A stretch of DNA of 20,000 nt, taken from contig MU006092.1 of assembly GCA_010093705.1 (NCBI GenBank), positions 986,675 to 1,006,674 on the forward strand, read 5' to 3'. The translations under genes and the position numbers were made by a program. Of this stretch, positions 19,337-20,000 are shown piece by piece. Numbering within the stretch: position 1 is the first letter of the stretch; the number at the start of each line of letters is the position of its first letter. This stretch comes from Patellaria atrata CBS 101060 (Eukaryota). A model generated the notes under the pieces. The model did no database searches. It was given only the letters and a program-made list of their open reading frames with translations, and was not told where the DNA came from.

Positions 19337-20000
19337 GTAGAGACTCCGCTTTAGGGTTATCAGTGGGAGCATTAAGAGCACCAGTAAGCGATCCAATCAC
19401 GGAGGAACCTTTCACCATACCGTGCCGAGTATCAAGAAACGGAATCGCAATACAGCTCAGGGCCCTAATCGACACAGGAGCCCAAGGGTACGCCCTTCTA
19501 AATAGGAAGTGGTTACCTGTATTGAAACAACGACTGGGCATCGAGCCGAAGAAGATACCACGTATCGACGTGAAGGGTTTTAACAGCTCAACAGCAGAAC
19601 CAATCGACGAGATGGTTGAAGCTAGTCTCGTGCTCGCTGGTAGGCGATGGAAAACCCCTATCCTAGTAACCAACACGGGCCGTACCGATATGCTGATCGG
19701 AAGAGAGTGGTTCTCAAAGACGGGCGGCCTACCAGACTGTAAGCACAACGCGATCTTCTGGCCACCATGGGCCACAGCGATCGAGGACCAGCAACGAGAC
19801 ATTGTAATACCAAAGAGAGAATTGCAGACCACAGTAGATCCAGTCCACCAAGTCGATATGGAACGGAGAGACAAAGCATCCGATAAACGAGAGGCGCAGC
19901 GTCTGAAGGCCAGGGCCAGACAGAAGGAAAAGCCCACACTATTCAGGTGGAAACAACCGAGATCGTGGAGACGAGAACTAAATTCGAGCATACGAAGGAT
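19273..20000 (+). CDS. pol: Retrotransposon Pol, N-terminal aspartic protease (partial; -1 frame relative to gag; not in the ORF track)
   Basis: Frame opens after TAA 19270-19272 and stays open to the window end: ...PFTIPCRVSRNGIAIQLRALIDTGAQGYALL...VKGFNSS...DMLIGREWF... It has the retropepsin D-T-G active site and an IG-x-x-W motif, with no ATG before the active site. Confidence 0.9.
19318..19370 (+). promoter_or_regulatory. Putative -1 ribosomal frameshift signal (G GAA AAC plus stem-loop/pseudoknot)
   Basis: Heptamer 19318-19324 is in the correct gag phase; perfect 8-bp stem AACCCTAA (19329-19336)/TTAGGGTT (19351-19358). Confidence 0.75.

Larger units (their letters stand above)
17232..20000 (+). 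mobile_element. Ty3/gypsy-type LTR retrotransposon (likely Tf1/MAGGY-like chromovirus lineage), 5' portion; continues past the window end
   Basis: LTR-like TG...CA segment, leader, gag with CCHC knuckle, and pol in the -1 frame starting with an aspartic protease. RT, RNase H and integrase lie outside the window, so clade assignment is inferred. Confidence 0.9.

Noticed and set aside
19329..19358. Telomeric CCCTAA/TTAGGG motifs
   Set aside because: Single copies forming the two arms of the frameshift stem, not a telomeric tract.
19269..19991. 240-aa minus-strand ORF
   Set aside because: Antisense mirror of the pol frame; the plus strand carries the protease motifs.

Overview
Eukaryotic, intron-rich filamentous ascomycete (Pezizomycotina-type) genomic DNA with GT-AG introns and CTRAY branch points. 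Six host genes can be reconstructed: RPL23/uL14 (+, 5 exons), a secreted S28-family serine peptidase (+, 5 exons), SSU72 CTD phosphatase (-, 2 exons), an MstA-like MFS sugar porter (+, 2 exons), RPS19/eS19 (-, 6 exons, absent from the ORF track) and a TED1-like ER metallophosphoesterase (+) head-to-head with RPS19. The last ~2.8 kb is the 5' part of an apparently intact Ty3/gypsy LTR retrotransposon next to an AT-rich, possibly RIP-degraded patch. It has a short LTR, a candidate Tf1-type self-priming PBS instead of a tRNA PBS, a tandem array of covarying hairpins in the leader, gag with a CCHC knuckle, and pol in the -1 frame behind a GGAAAAC slippery site plus stem-loop. Two N gaps (11893-11992, 17579-17773) both fall inside tandem repeats. 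The least explained element is the retroelement leader hairpin array; I see no clear evidence of a wholly new system.
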